Assembly (NCBI GenBank): GCA_051530055.1
Contig: CM121341.1
Coordinates: 434,001-498,000, forward strand
Source of the DNA: Neoechinorhynchus agilis
Lineage: Eukaryota; Animalia; Acanthocephala
Length of the DNA stretch: 64,000 nt
Direction of reading: 5' to 3'
The translations under genes were made by a program, and so were the position numbers. Positions 49,601 through 63,639 of this stretch are shown here, piece by piece (positions within the stretch are counted from its first letter, which is position 1; each line of letters begins with the position of its first letter). The notes beneath the pieces are model-generated. The model was given only the letters and a program-made list of their open reading frames with translations. It ran no database searches and had not been told where the DNA came from.

Positions 49601-51099
49601 TGAAAGATTAGAGAGAGGTTTTTTTTCTAAAGGCACGAGTTCGGAGGAGCAGATTGGCGCGATCCTCTTGTGAAATGTAACGCCTTTTTTTAAGGTAGAA
49701 CGAAATAATGCTGTCCTTTCCTCAGAGGGGGATTACAGTTCTGATTAACGTCTTTTGCAATAGGATTGATTTATTAATGCAACGATTTTGCATTTAAGTA
49801 CTAGTACGCGTTCCATTTCGGCATAAAATTTTATAGACTGCGATGGGTTTGCGTCTCCAACAATAAAAATTTTTGCGTTTTTCTTAGGGTGAAAGCTGAA
49901 GTAACAGATAATACCGGTGAACTTGTATTTACTTTTTTAAAATGACGCTTAAAGTTCATTATACTCAGCTCTTTGCATGGTAGACGGATAACTTCTTTGA
50001 ATATCGTCATTCTCGACTGACAAAATTGCTTTCTTAAATGTTATTTTGTTTACCAGGCGCGCTCAGGCAACTAATCGTAGCATGCCAAACGCTCCATGGC
50101 AACATATGAAAAGCGTGCTTAAAGTTCGTGATAGAAACAACTCGTTTGGATATGGGTAACACGCACCGCAGTCGACAAAGTGAGTCTCATTTAAGGTGAT
50201 CTTCGCTTTTCTGGATTTTTTCCATATTATTAGGAGTTCAAAAACATTGTGTCGAAGTGTCTGAATTCAATTATGGAAACGGTATACTTAAGATCCGCAT
50301 AATATCCTGGAATATTGCCGAGAATCCTGAAGCGTTACATGATTCGGGATATTGCCAACTGTTTTTAAATCAAGACGTTATCCCTGATATTTACTTCATT
50401 GCTTTCCAGGAACGACGATCTTGCCGGTAAGAGAATTGAATAGTAGCGGAAACTATTAGTTCGAATTAGGAAGTTTTATGGAGAAAACTCTTTCTTTGTT
50501 GTCATCCTGAAAAAATCCAATAAGAGAATATCAAACGATTTTTTAATTTCCCTATTACTCTCGAGTGGAAGATAGCAATTTGAAAAGTAGTTAGTAAACG
50601 TAGTAATCTTGAAAACAGAGCAATTTCGAAGGAAACGCTTATCCAGGGTATTTGTTCAACTATTGCAAAGAAAGTGAAATGACAGGTTTGGCAACAGTAA
50701 TGCAAATCGGGCTCAGGGGATTTGTGTCGTCTTTCCTTTAAAGCATTACGACCCGATCTCCCTACAATATCTTGGAGATTCTCCTGCTAAGTGCATTCAA
50801 CGTCTGTCGCAATTTTAAATCACTTCTGGCAATATACCTTAGCCCTTTGTTGATATACGAATTTTACACATACTTAAAAGCTGTTTTCTGAAGCGAGTTT
50901 TACTTATTAGTCGAACTCAGACAAGTTTTACTTCTGAAGCCACTCATCGTTTAAGTTTTTAAAATGTGATTAAGAACGTCTAAAACAATCTTTATATAGA
51001 AAGCACGGAATTGAACCTAAAGTCAAGACTGCATCTTTATTAAATTGCAGGTATTGCTTGTGAGCAAACCATAAATATTAATCCAACTCATCTCCTGTT

Positions 51100-51292
51100 T
51101 TGTATTTTGAGTTGCTTTCTGGCGGAAAAATTAAAATAAATTTATTTTAAAATACGATATTTCGGTACAATCTTGTACGCGTTTATCAAGGTTATTTGAA
51201 AGTAGCACAAGTTAGTGCAGAAATATCGGATTTTAAAATAAATTCATTTTTATTTCTCCTCCCAGAAAACAACCAATATGAACAATTCAATC
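51100..51292. mobile_element. Degenerate MITE-like element related to 10761-10968
   Basis: Imperfect inverted repeat of about 60 bp. Shares internal CACAATC.TGTACGCGTTTATCA and terminal ATGAACAATTCAATC with the 10761 element. Confidence 0.65.
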
Positions 51293-51432
51293 TTCAAATA
51301 CTTTGAATTCGATTTTAAAAAGAATTGCCTCAGATGAACATTATCATATTGCGGATTTTTAACGCTTCAACTATCCCAATTTGCATTCGCAAACGGCTGA
51401 ATACTCATGGGCCGTGTCTCGCAGTGTCCTAA

Positions 51433-52491
51433 GTGTATAGAAATGGGATATTTAAGAAAATAGCGGCTTTAAACATCAAACAAATACGATGTTGTCATGA
51501 ACAATTCGATTTTTATTATAATTTTTCATACTCTAGGAAAGAAATAACGAAAAGTATTGCTGTGCTTCTTTCTTCAGCTCATGTTCATCTACGTACCGAT
51601 CACCGTGGATCGTTAACAACCTGCATTTTCGTCAAAGCTGAAATTTATCAGACGTGTTCAGGTGCGAAGAGAATTTATAAATTCAACACATTATTATTGC
51701 CTCTCATTTCAGAGTCTGCTTATTTCAAATACGATTTAAGACAATTCACACATCGTCGTACAAAGTCATGTCTTGGAATTACTCTCACTTTTGGCCTTGG
51801 ATTCAAGTTGACATTTATAAATTGCCATTTCCAAGGTCTGTATAAAAAATCCTTGACTTTAAAGACTGCCGAAAATTCAGCCGGTTCAAAAACACTCAAA
51901 TCAACTCTGAGACGGCAACGGAACATGACGAATGCCACTAAGGCACTGCTGCGTAGAATACGCGGTAGTCAGGTTGTCTTTTGGTGTGGTGATCTCAATT
52001 CAAGAGTGAAGCTACGACCAAGAGAAATCAAAACTTTTTTAAACGATAAAGACATTCGATTATCTGCCATCGCGGAGCACGATGAGCTGTTAAATTGCAT
52101 AAATGCAGGTTTGTTGAATTTAGTTTACACATACACAAATTTATTTTCTGCGGAAAAGTAGGGATGCTTAGAAATATAAGACTGATGGAAGGCTACATCG
52201 ATTTTTATCCGACATTTAAGTACAAGTACATCGATGGAGAGATCAGTGACGGCTCAGAACCGGAGGACAACGAACTGAATCGATGGCTTACCTGGAAACG
52301 AACTCCGTCGTACACCGTAAGTACTAAAAGGTTACGATAGATTAACGACATTTTTTTAGGACCGAATATTGTACAAATCGAAGTATCGCGGCCATATTGA
52401 GTGTCTTGAATACTGCTGCGCCCACCAAACGCGCTTCTCGGATCACAAACCAGTTCATGGACTATTTCATGTGCTCGTAAACCAATTGTAG
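51433..52491 (+). CDS. Inositol polyphosphate 5-phosphatase family protein (start uncertain)
   Basis: FINCHF, VFWCGDLNSRV, DEL, EG.IDFYPTFKY, RTPSYT|DRILY and SDHKPV. Introns about 52109-52161 and 52317-52360. Confidence 0.85.
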
Positions 52492-53645
52492 TTGAATGAA
52501 CCGGCACGATTCTTTATTTTATGAAGTGAAAGTTTTAGAACAAAACGATTCATAACTTTCATCCATTTTTGCGTTTGAGTTTTTGCGGAAAAACTCGAGC
52601 TGTCCAGATTGAAATCGTGAAGATTGCAGATTTACGATATCAAAAATTTAACACAATTTGTGAGTTCTATTGAAAAGTTCACATAAATGCGATTCCATCT
52701 CGAGAGCAATGCACACTTTCCCGGGATAAATTAAGAAAATTGAAGTAATTGTCAATATAACATAGAAAGTTTGCGGTCTTCATAATGTACATAGAGCATC
52801 GTGGCACATTCCCGTCAAATAAGGCGGAAAAGTCACTCTGACCTACCTCTACCTTTTATACCTGAAAAAGTCCGGCGAGATGTACGAAATATTGAGATCA
52901 ATAAAACAGTCTCTATTTTCATTAAAAACCAAAAGCACATAAATAAATGATCAGCATCTTTACAACATGTAGATTACAGTGTCTTTAAGGTCACCAACAA
53001 ACGCACGCAGCTAGCTTTGATGCCGTGGGAAATATTGATTTGCCAGCAAATTTCGATGTTGTAGAATGAAATTGATCATTAATTCCTTTTCACAGACATT
53101 TTACGTATTATCTATCCACTAAAAACGAAACTGCATTTCCAATGCTCACATTGCGTACTTTAAAAATATTTGCATAGTCGTCATGTTATCGCGGAGGTTA
53201 TTTTCTTTCTTCAATTAAAAGAAAATCATTTTATTTCAACAAAAATTCTTTAAGTACATAGCTCATTTAATTTCATCATTTTTAATTGAAACAGCGATCT
53301 GCGTTATTTTTCAGTGGGAATACAATCTAGGTTTTATACTAAAAATGAGATTCTCCACATGTGCTTTTAATAAATAGCAAAAAGTTTTAATTAGCACTCG
53401 TTAATTTTCATATTAAACTGAAATTAACTCGAATTTATGTACGAAATGATATGGCGTTTTTTGACCAAACATTCTCATTTCTTATTTTAAACATTAACTA
53501 TAAAATGTTCAAGCTTCTCTGCGTGATTCAATGTAAAAAAAGTGCCCAGAAGGACAAAATGCATTTGTGACGGATTGTCGTTGGCAGGCTCCGACGGATT
53601 CATTAGCAAGTCTCGAAAAATCAGCGGTGATACAATGGTCATTAT

Positions 53646-56462
53646 TTATTGATTTGTATAAGCATTCTCAATCAATTTGAGATTTTTCATTATAAACTCA
53701 ACTTGAATTGGATCATCGATCATTATTGACAATATTGACCACCGATATGAATGTGAAATAAATGTCCGGACGCTAATGTTCGACGAGTTATTATCGTCTT
53801 TTCTTTTCCTTCCAATTTTCCCAATGACATAATGGGGTTTGATGCTAAACAACCAAAGAAATCACTTGACGAAAATATGAAAATACTTACAAATTATGTT
53901 GATTGTATTTGAAGATAACTGTATCACCCGAATCTAAGTATTAGAAATGTTTTCTATTCACAATTTATTATTTATAAAATATTATACCGAATGATCGTAA
54001 ACGTTCTGTGAGGCATTGCGTGTCCTTATCAGCAGTACCAATGGTAACCAGTGGTTCTTTTATCAAAGCAATAAAAGTTTCTGCAGATGGAACATCAACA
54101 AGACATTTTTGCGTATCAACAAATTCTAGGGCTATTTCAATCGCCTTCGAATTTTTTAAGAGAAATGAAATTCTAAGCACACAAAGAATATCTCACTTCG
54201 CCGCTCAATCTGTATAGGTTTTCAGATTCGCAGCCAAAATTACATAGCGTCATAAATCTAATACCGGCTCCAACAAGCTTCAATCGATCAGCAATATTTA
54301 GCTGCAGTAATGGATGCAACGACTCATGAATAAAGTATATATTTTTTCGAGTATCTGAACCATTATCACGACTCGAAAGTAAATTATATGGAAAAGCGAT
54401 CTTCTCTGGTATTAATTTTTCCAGTGATAACCTTATAAGCGTTTTACGGTACAGAGACAAGGTCTTTTTAATTAAAGACAGCTTACTTTATCTTCCTATA
54501 CAGTTGTTCGTTATTTTTTATAAATACATATGGACATTCTAGTTGCATCTTCTCTTGCCTCTCTTGTGTTCTGATTAGCTCACTGATAATTAATACAGCA
54601 AATCACACAATTTTGTTACTTACAGTTCACGAACACGATCAGGACGTGTTCGTCTCAACTTCCTTAAGACGCAAACAAAAAAACCGCCTGTATTTTGGAT
54701 ATGAGGAAATATGCGAATACATCGGTCTAAATGAAGTTCGTCCACGTTTTCTGGAGGAAATAGCTGCGATAACGTAATGCATCGATTTTTGTCGACGTTA
54801 CAGCTGATTTCATCATGGCAGCTATATATGGATTTTCGATCTTTAGTATCCATAAGAACCCATTTAGTCAACCCGGGTGCCCATTTTAAACCGTTGAGCA
54901 CACCAGAATCAATTTCTTCAATTGAGAGTTGCTCAGGAAACATATTAAGCAATCGCGCTATAACAGCTTCGTTTTCCACTGGATTCAGCGAACATGTGGA
55001 ATAGACCATAGTTCCGCCATCATTGTTGAGCAATTCAACAGCTCGCATGGCTATTTTTAGTTGTATACTTTACACATAGACGAAATTTCAATATAAAATT
55101 GTAACTTCATGTTTAGAAAACCTGTGTAGATTATATGCGATATTAGGCTTCCAGTGTAGGAATATATTGTTTTTCCTCGAGGTTCCATCTCCACTAAATA
55201 AAAAATAGCAATCGACGACAAAAGCATACAAACCTGCATGGAACATCACAGAGAATCTTATCAAACATGAGATTGCAATACTCTTTCTCTTTTAGACACT
55301 CTTTACTTTTATATCGCCAGTTAGGTAACATTGCTGCATCGTGATTAACGACGGCAACTTTGGAGCAATTGAACCGCTTTAACTGATGCCATAAAGTGTA
55401 ACAACGATGAATACTTCTATCATTCGCAATGACAAATCCACTCCCAGGACCTGTTTGAGTTAAAACGACTTCAACTTGTTTATAACCCCGAAATTGCCTT
55501 AATTCCCAATATATCCCTTTTAAGACAATATAACATCCATTTAAATGGCTTGCAATACGATCAATTCGCAATTCTCTCTTTCGGAAGAAGAAAGACTATG
55601 TAATCGATGAAATTGGTGCGGCGACCTATCGACATGATTTTAACCGCTAGTCTATTTTAAAGCACGATTTTTGCCATTTACTCATTTTGGCTACCGGAAC
55701 CAGAAAAATGAGGCCGATTTTTATCATAAGCTTTTGATTGGCCTAGAAGCTACAATCACTTACTCGTTGCGAAATTCTCCAATATTTGTGAGGTTTTCGA
55801 CCCGGGAGCCGCGCACATATCCAAAACCTATTGAAAACGCAAAATGCAAATGAACAAGCGTCGATGATACCTTATCATTCGGTTGTACATTTAAAAGTAT
55901 TGGAGGAATCATACTGACCAGTTCCTGTCTTGTCAGATTACCCTGAATGCTTTTATGATTTGGCGTTCCTTAAAGGGTTCTCACCAAATACATTTGATTT
56001 ACGAAGAAATTCTTCAGAGCGTCATATTCTTGCAAATGGCGCAGCTCTTTTCGGCTTAGACTGATTTGAAAAACCCCGGATTCGCACCTAAAATACGACA
56101 AAGTACTTTTATTGGAGAGGGGTATTTACGTACCATGAGATCGGCATTGGAACCAATTCTGGCTGATTTAACTGCCTCAACCGCTCATTGATATTGTTCA
56201 CGTGTTCAAAGAACGATTGTTCAACCTTAGTGGGACAAGATGATTTCGATTGATTTATGCGGAACGTAACAGGCAATGGCTCATCCATCGTGTTCAGCAT
56301 CCTGTTGAATTCATCTTCTTTCATAAATGGAAATTGGGCCTAATGGAACTTGGGAACGTGTAAAATGTCCAGAATATTTCAACCGACCTTATAATAAATA
56401 CAAAAAGTCTCACGAGCGTCTTGTCGCCCGGACGAGGAACGCCCCTTCCGAGAATGCACCAT
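53646..56462 (-). CDS. NSUN2: tRNA m5C methyltransferase NSUN2/Trm4 (multi-exon; 3' end approximate)
   Basis: EPLPVTFRIN, DMSIGRRTNF-type SAM region, NDRSIHRCYTL.HQ, FDKILCDVPC|SGDGT.RK, MVYSTCSLNPVENEAV and RIFPH.QNTGGFFV.VLRK. Confidence 0.9.
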
Positions 56463-56649
56463 CTTCAGAAGTTTGAAAAATGACACCAGCGGGAATTTTA
56501 AAGCTTCAAAAAACCACTTAAATCGCATACTTTTTCAAAAGCAGCATCATTGGGAAAAATCGGGATTTCTGCAAACGTTCGGTTGAATAAACACTCAATA
56601 ACGAAAGAACCACACAGAAAACTGAGTAGCGAAAAGGTTGAAGAACTAA

Positions 56650-59500
56650 TCAATAACGGTCGTACTGCCGTTTTGTAATCCTTTCGGACAAATCCATTTA
56701 CTCATTTTTGCGTAGGACGAATTGGGCGATTTTGCCCAATCACAATGGAGACTGTCTAAAGCACAGGCGTTGTTCGGGCGGCCTCGGATAGAAAACGAGG
56801 TTTGAAATATCCCAAGAGTTCTGGATGGTCTTTGTAGCTTTAATATTTTCGATCCGAGAATATCGACTTTTTTGAATGTACAGAGGTCAAACTGATTCAA
56901 AAACTGAGAGGTAAATTCGCGGACTTTCGACTTCAGAATGAATTTCGCCTTTCGTTTGATGTAAAAAAAAGTCAAAAGAGACGACAGAGTCGAAATGACA
57001 GAGATTTAGCTGGGCCCAGTTAAAGGAAGGCAAATTCTGCAGTTGCTAGACGATGAACTGTGTAGCTAAGCACAAAGCGGCGATCCTTGGGTAACATCTT
57101 TGCTTGGGTAGAAGAGCCAAAATAAAAGTTCTTGGATGATATTTGTCGTTCAATTAAAGAATCTTAAAATATTCACGATAAAGTCAGGTTAGACGTTATC
57201 AAATACTTTCTTAATGTCAGAAGTAATTAGAATATTCATAGCCCCGGGGTTAATTGTAAAATTATGGATGATCTCCCCTATGGCAGTATTTATGATGAAA
57301 CCATGGCAGCGTCCAGTGCAAGGCGTACTGACCAGGGAATCTGAATAGATATGGACCTCAAATGATCGACCGAGGAGACGACTTCACGTTTGTTTTTGAC
57401 CAGAAAGATACGCTTTGCTATATTTATTTCTGCCCATCCTTCAGAGGAAAATCATGCGTTGAGAAATATATAAGATATTGAACATATTGAGACCGTTAGC
57501 AGCTTTGAAAGACATCAAATCGAATTGTCTATGCATTATCGGAACAATAGATACCGTAGTTGGGGAATTACTACATCCGTCAGAATGATGTGCAAAAAGA
57601 GTGAATGGAGAGCGCTGTTTAGACCTGAATTTTTAATCCAGGTTCCAGCGTTCACCACTTAGAAGATGAATGTCGCCCCCGACGGCACGGCCAATATAGG
57701 GAAGCCCAAAAATTCGTTAGTTCGGTATTAATTTGGGAACGTGCTGAGCTGAAATCCAGACATGTTTGGAAGGCTGCGATTTACAGTGGTTAGAAAGCCA
57801 ATCGATCTACAAGAAATCCGGTAATTTCTCTCCAATTAAAGCGAATCTGTGATTAAAAAACCTGAATGTTGACGTAGAACAATTTGAAACGTCCGTTGGG
57901 CAGGATATTCTTACTGAAATCTCAGACTATCAAGTCATGGTCTGACAACCTGAAAAAGGTGGTCGTTTGATAAACTTTCGAAAACAAAAGTCCAAGTACG
58001 TAGGCCGTGAAGGTGGATTGAGGTGGTAAGAGAACCTCATGCAAAGTTATGGAGCGAACAATACGGGGAAGAGGTCAATAAAATCATCAAAGAGCATATC
58101 TGCTCCGAATTGTAAAAGATTACTAAAGAAATAGACTCGATTTCCGCTAAATGAATTTTTCCATGTCGAATGAAGATTTTTCCAACTAAAAGCTTCTTGC
58201 CTTCGACAAGGATTGAGAAAATAGCGCAGGGAATTCTTCACAGGCGTATTCCTAGAATCTAGTTTGTAAGAGAGTGTCCTTGAAGATCGAGAGGAGACCT
58301 TGTAAGCGATCGATAAGGAGCTGAGTAACAAAAACGGCGTATTCGCCAGGAACACTGAGATTTGGTCTCTTCGGTTAGCACAATGTGGCTTCTCAAAATA
58401 TCACCCCGAAGCTTCGGAACTCGTATTCGCCCACCTGCATTACACTGCAGCAGTCTCAGGCTGTTCGTTTTACAGCTCTGCATCGAATTAGGCTATGAAC
58501 CCCGTTCGGAACAATCCTTCGTCTGTTCGGCAATGCCTCTTTTTTAGGTCTGTGAGCCGACTGCTGTGAGTGAATAGACTCGACTCATACTGCAATTAAC
58601 AACTGACATCAACACGTCGAAGTGTTTTGACAACCTGTTTTCCGAGAGCGATGTGCTTATTCTCAAATCCACCGTTTTCATGATGTTTTCAGCGAATTCA
58701 TTCATCTTTGAGTCTAGGAGATCCACACATTCGGTTCGATCGATATTCAAGATTACCTTCGACGTTCATTCGTGCCGAATAACCGTTGTTGCAGTCAACT
58801 GTTCCTTCTGTGCTCAAATAGCATATTTCTTGAATTCCGCACAGGATTTAGAAAATACGAAATGACCAACCTATCCACAATTACCGCATGATTTTGATGA
58901 TTCTGGGCACTTTTCGCCGCAATGATTTTAACCGCAATAAGGGCAAACAATAAGTTTGGCCGATTGGAGCAACGAAGAGGATAACTGTAGTCGTCTTGGC
59001 GTGAAATCTCGTTCGAGTAAAATCTAATCGCCATTCCTTGGAAATATCCGCTTCTATCCGTAAGTGCATTGCGGATATCTACACATGCCTTTACTACCGC
59101 CCGTGGAATCGATTCCCCGGTTCATTTTTACTTTAGGAAAAACAGTATTTTGCAGTTCAGCCTTTCTTCGAACTCCTTCCGATAAACGTCATAAATATCC
59201 GGCATCAGACCAGAAACTAAGAATGTAGATTCGTGAACACCGTTCGACATTTTGATTCGCCAGTTGTATCGTGGCAAGTTCAGGAACTGTTTAGCGTGAT
59301 TGTTGTTCATGAAATATATTTTGAGGCTTCCAGCGAAGTAGGATATTGTTTTTATCTCTACGGTATCGTGTCTTTAATGGATTTTAGCCACGGGGATAGG
59401 AACTTGCGGTGCATCGATTCCCTAGACAACAATGGATTCGATTTTAGCGCGATAACATGAGGCCATATCTTAGATGGTAGCTCCAGATATTGAACATCGT
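56650..59500 (-). mobile_element. Decayed LINE with a CCHC-knuckle ORF1, APE endonuclease and RT remnants (I/Jockey-group architecture)
   Basis: PLRCSN, CPYCG*NHCGEKC and CGNCG*VGH...SC (about 58830-58990); LRLLQCNAGG...IVLTEETKS; LSDHDLIV; DIKKVFDNV (about 57190-57222); TQGSPL. Confidence 0.75.
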
Positions 59501-60599
59501 TCCGCCCGCATTATATATCATTTTTTGCACGAAGGAGGACAGAGAAGCTTTTTGTGAATTGGGTGGTCATTCGCCACCTTCAGCTGCAACACACGGTTAA
59601 GAAAACATTGGAACTCCGGTCGTCGACAAGGGCAACGATCCGTGCTTTGCTCTCGGACGATTGTTTCTGGATTACACAAAGAGTAAATGGGACGCACAAG
59701 TTCTAAAGATAATGGATGATTAGAACACGTTGATAAATAGAAAGACCAATACTTAGATTCTTATTTTCGGCTACTGTGTTCATGAACTCAACAGTCCCGT
59801 AACAAGATTTCATCGCCACGTCTTTTCGTGCTGGGAAATAATTTAGCTAAATGGTTACACAATAAAGAGTTCTTTAATAATACGTTCAGATATCGAAGGT
59901 ATTTATGACGGTTTTCTTGCATCACTTCTCATTTTTAGCCCACCCGGATGCCTCCGTCGATTAATTTTTTGGGAGCAACAGCAGAATACACCATTAAAGC
60001 GTGAATCCAAAATTACTTATTAAGAAAAGGTCATCGCAACATCACGCTTTGTATTCGAAATATAAACTAAAAGTTAAAGGCTTCTCAAAAAAATTGAATA
60101 TTGATTAAACCAAAATTAGATATGTCCCAGCTGTCGATTTAATTTTTTGTACTGAACTAAACAAGACCGCCGAATACAGCGTACGCTTTTAGCATGCTCC
60201 GTAATTTCACTGATTTCATTTTGGGCTTGTTTTTCAGTTCGAAAACAAAATTTTAGAACGCTCAAAGTTGAATTGGGCATGGGTATATTATTAAGCGACT
60301 CTTCAGAGTTCGTCGAAAAGCCTCAAGGCGATATCGGCGCTAAAACGCAAATGCAATGATCAGCTTCAAAGTTCAGGATATACCAAATACTGCATTTGGA
60401 ACCAATCTTCTTGCCAAACTTGATTTTGTGTTTGTTACTATTCCTTTAATAACCTTTAAATTGAAACATTTCTGAGACATATCGCACCAACCTTTTTCGC
60501 ATTCATAGACTTTACGAAACAAACATTTCTGCATAGCCTGAGAAATGAAGTGGCAGGGAAATTGAACGGCATTAAAGAAATTTCTGCGCAAATAATTTT

Positions 60600-63262
60600 T
60601 ATTTATAGTAGGATATGGAAAAACCGACTTTTCTCAACAAGACGCAGTCTGACACGAATATTTATTTGCGTATTTCTGAAACAAATCATACTGTCGACAT
60701 TCCTTTGGATAAAATCTTTAATTCAACTCTTGATGTTTTGGTTTTGTTACCCTTAGAAGGTCGAGTAAGGATGGACCATTTCCCTTTCCTTTCACATATT
60801 CCTAAGAGACTAACTCATTATTGAGGGAATCTTGGTTGGAGCAATAGTTGTAGACACGATCAAAGAGCGACTTAATCCCAGTTATTGTATATTTAATTGG
60901 TACCATTGTAATGAATGAGGAACAATGTCAGTCGGTATACCAAGCTTCATCCTAAGAGACTTTTTTGGTTAACTCATTATTGAGTGATTCTTGGTTGGAG
61001 CAATAATTGTAGACACGATCAAAGAGCGACTTAATCCTAGCTATTTTATATTTAATTGGCGTCATTGTAATGAAAGGTGCACTGTCAGTCGGTATACCAT
61101 TCTTACTGTATACACTAGTCTCAAACTCAGCGCTTTTTCGCGTTATCGAAACGTCCAAAACAGAGATCGCATTATGATTCTCCGAGTCTACAGTCCATTG
61201 GATGTTGCTGTGCTTGGAATTCAGCATGTGAGCAAACTTTTCCGGTTCTGTGGTTTCATCGACTAAGATAAAAATGTCATCTAGGTATCTCTACCAGAAT
61301 TTCACACCCGGTAAGCTTGAAACGTTCTTAGCCTCCCAATCGCGCATGAACAATTCGGCTAGAAGTTTGGCAAGTGGACTCCCCATGGACAGTCCATCTA
61401 CTTGGTGATAGCCCTTACCTTCGAAGTTAAAATAAGTGTTCCTCGTGCACATGTGTAAGAGATCAGTCGACGGGGCAAGTTAGTACGTTTCCTTTATGTA
61501 GCAATGCATCCACGTTCCATAATGGAATTGTGATTCCAGCAAAATCGGCCTCGGATATCATCTTTTCCATTTCAACGTGTAATCTCATGTTATTGAATTT
61601 GCCAAAAGGAATGAAGTCCGTCGACTATGTCACCAATTTGGCGCTGGGATCGCTTTATAATGGAAGCCACATTCATTCGCCAGGTTGAAACAGTGGACCG
61701 ATGAATAAGGCGGACTTTAAACTTAATCTAATTACAGTATGAATTTAACTATCCCCATATGTGTTTTTAGACCTTGATAAAGGCACAAGATTAAGCCGAA
61801 ATATCTGGATCAATAAATTCTTTCAATTTTTCCGCTATATAAAAACTTATTGTAGCTCGAACAAACATACTAAACCACATGGCAGCAACTCACCAAGGTC
61901 TCGTATCCGTTCGAGCATCTAATGTTGAAGATATAATAATATCGGAGTTCGATCACACAATTGTTTTGAGAGTGCTTCAATAAACGAGAATCCCTTTGAC
62001 CTTATCGCCTCAGATGCCAATAATCAACTTCAATACATGCGAATTTTCCTCGATCGAATAGCTTACCTCACTGTTGATTTCGTTTTTCTTTTTGTCATGC
62101 TGGTGGCTATGAGTGTTCTCTCGTTCTTCGGCAATGGCTAGCTAATTTCAGTTAATTAAAAATTCGACTAATGAGAAACTACAAAAGGAACAACCGAGGT
62201 CGGACAACTGACAGTAACATATTCAAAAGGCTCAGCTAAGTATTAATCACGTTCGTAAAAGCACTGCTTTGACAAGAAATAATGATATCTATTATTAATA
62301 TTTGCTGTCAGCCATACGCTAAATAGTCGGATGAAAGCTGAAAACCTTTCGATGTTGATAACTCCATAGAAATCATCAACGTTTGTTTCAAATATTTTAA
62401 GGATCTTCTCATTGTTCTAAATGGCCTAGATCTAAGGATTAAGCCCGGATTCAAGGTCATCATAAGTAAAAGCACTTTCTGGGGATTTTCGACACTGCAA
62501 ACAAATAGGTAGCTATTGTTGGACCACCTGGAACTGAATCAATGAATTTCAATCAACTAAGACACAGTATTTCACTCCTTCCATAGTTAAAATCGATTTT
62601 TACCATACAAATCCACTGAGTTATATTTTTAGGAAGCGGTATTGATGAATATTATTATTCGGCTTAACTTGGATCCGTTGCAAGAAAAGTCCGATAGCAA
62701 GTGTGATTATTTTTTTAGTTTAAATCAAAGTATAAAGTTATAGGTTGGACTGGATAATCATCGAATTCGGCAACCAAGCTTTAGCTATTCTACAAACAAG
62801 CTCGATTACGTGTGCGAAAGCGAATTGGAATTTGGAGAAAATGAGAGGTAGTTATTGTAGTTGGCAAAGATACTTCTAGAACGGAAATTAATTGTTGTGA
62901 TTTACGAGGCCAGTTCCAGCGTCAACAAGCAAACGCAGATCAAAATCCAAGATATTATAACTAGCGAGCTAAAGGAAAGTACTATAATCAGTATAATGCA
63001 CAAGGTCCAAGATGCAATCTACAGCGATGTAGTTATGCTTGTGAAAGGTGGAGATTTGGCCGAGAGTGGAAAATCACCAGAGTTGCTAGCGAACGGAAAC
63101 AAGATCTTCCATCGGATGACGATCACCAGTGGCAAATATGCTGAGGTTACAGATATAAAAATAATATCGAATACATTGAGTTTTGGAAGCGCGAAGAGAA
63201 TTAAACAAATTCAGCAAGAACGAAAGTGGCTACTAAGTTTGCTAACGGGCGCCGTTATTTGA
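60600..63262 (+). pseudogene. Decayed ABCC/MRP-type ABC transporter (TMD2-NBD2 region), interrupted by a PLE
   Basis: NHMAATHQGLVSVRA, VAIVGPPG, LRHSISLLP, IRLNLDP and LAKILL..VVIYEASSSV...IISIMHKV...ESGKSPELL. Walker B and H-loop are altered and there are in-frame stops. Confidence 0.6.
60810..61700 (-). mobile_element. Decayed Penelope-like RT
   Basis: YFNFEGKGYHQVDGLSMGSPLA..LAELFM, W*RYLDDIF, LNSKHSNIQWT, LDVSITR and KSLFDR..YCSN..LNNEL. Confidence 0.88.
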
Positions 63263-63639
63263 AATCCCCAAAACACGTACCAGCTTCTTTCCTTTCGGAG
63301 ATGAGCCATGTCGAGAACTTAATGGAATCGTTAAGGGTTTAAAAGAGTAGATATCGGAATTCGTTGTGACCACATCAACTTGCTCAATAAAAATACGATT
63401 GAAAAAGAGCGAGTTTTAAGTCAATGAACGTATAGTATAAAAGCTTAAGTGCAAGATACATAACTGCAATGATAAGTTTAAATGTTGGCCTATTTGATGA
63501 GAGCGTAGTATAAAAAAGGGAATCCGGCGACCGTTGCAACCGTCAATCCTCACAACTGTCTCAGATTCTAGTTTTACCATGAACTAAGAGGATTTACGTC
63601 CAAGTAATCGAGTCCTCGATCACGAGACCAAATCTCAAT

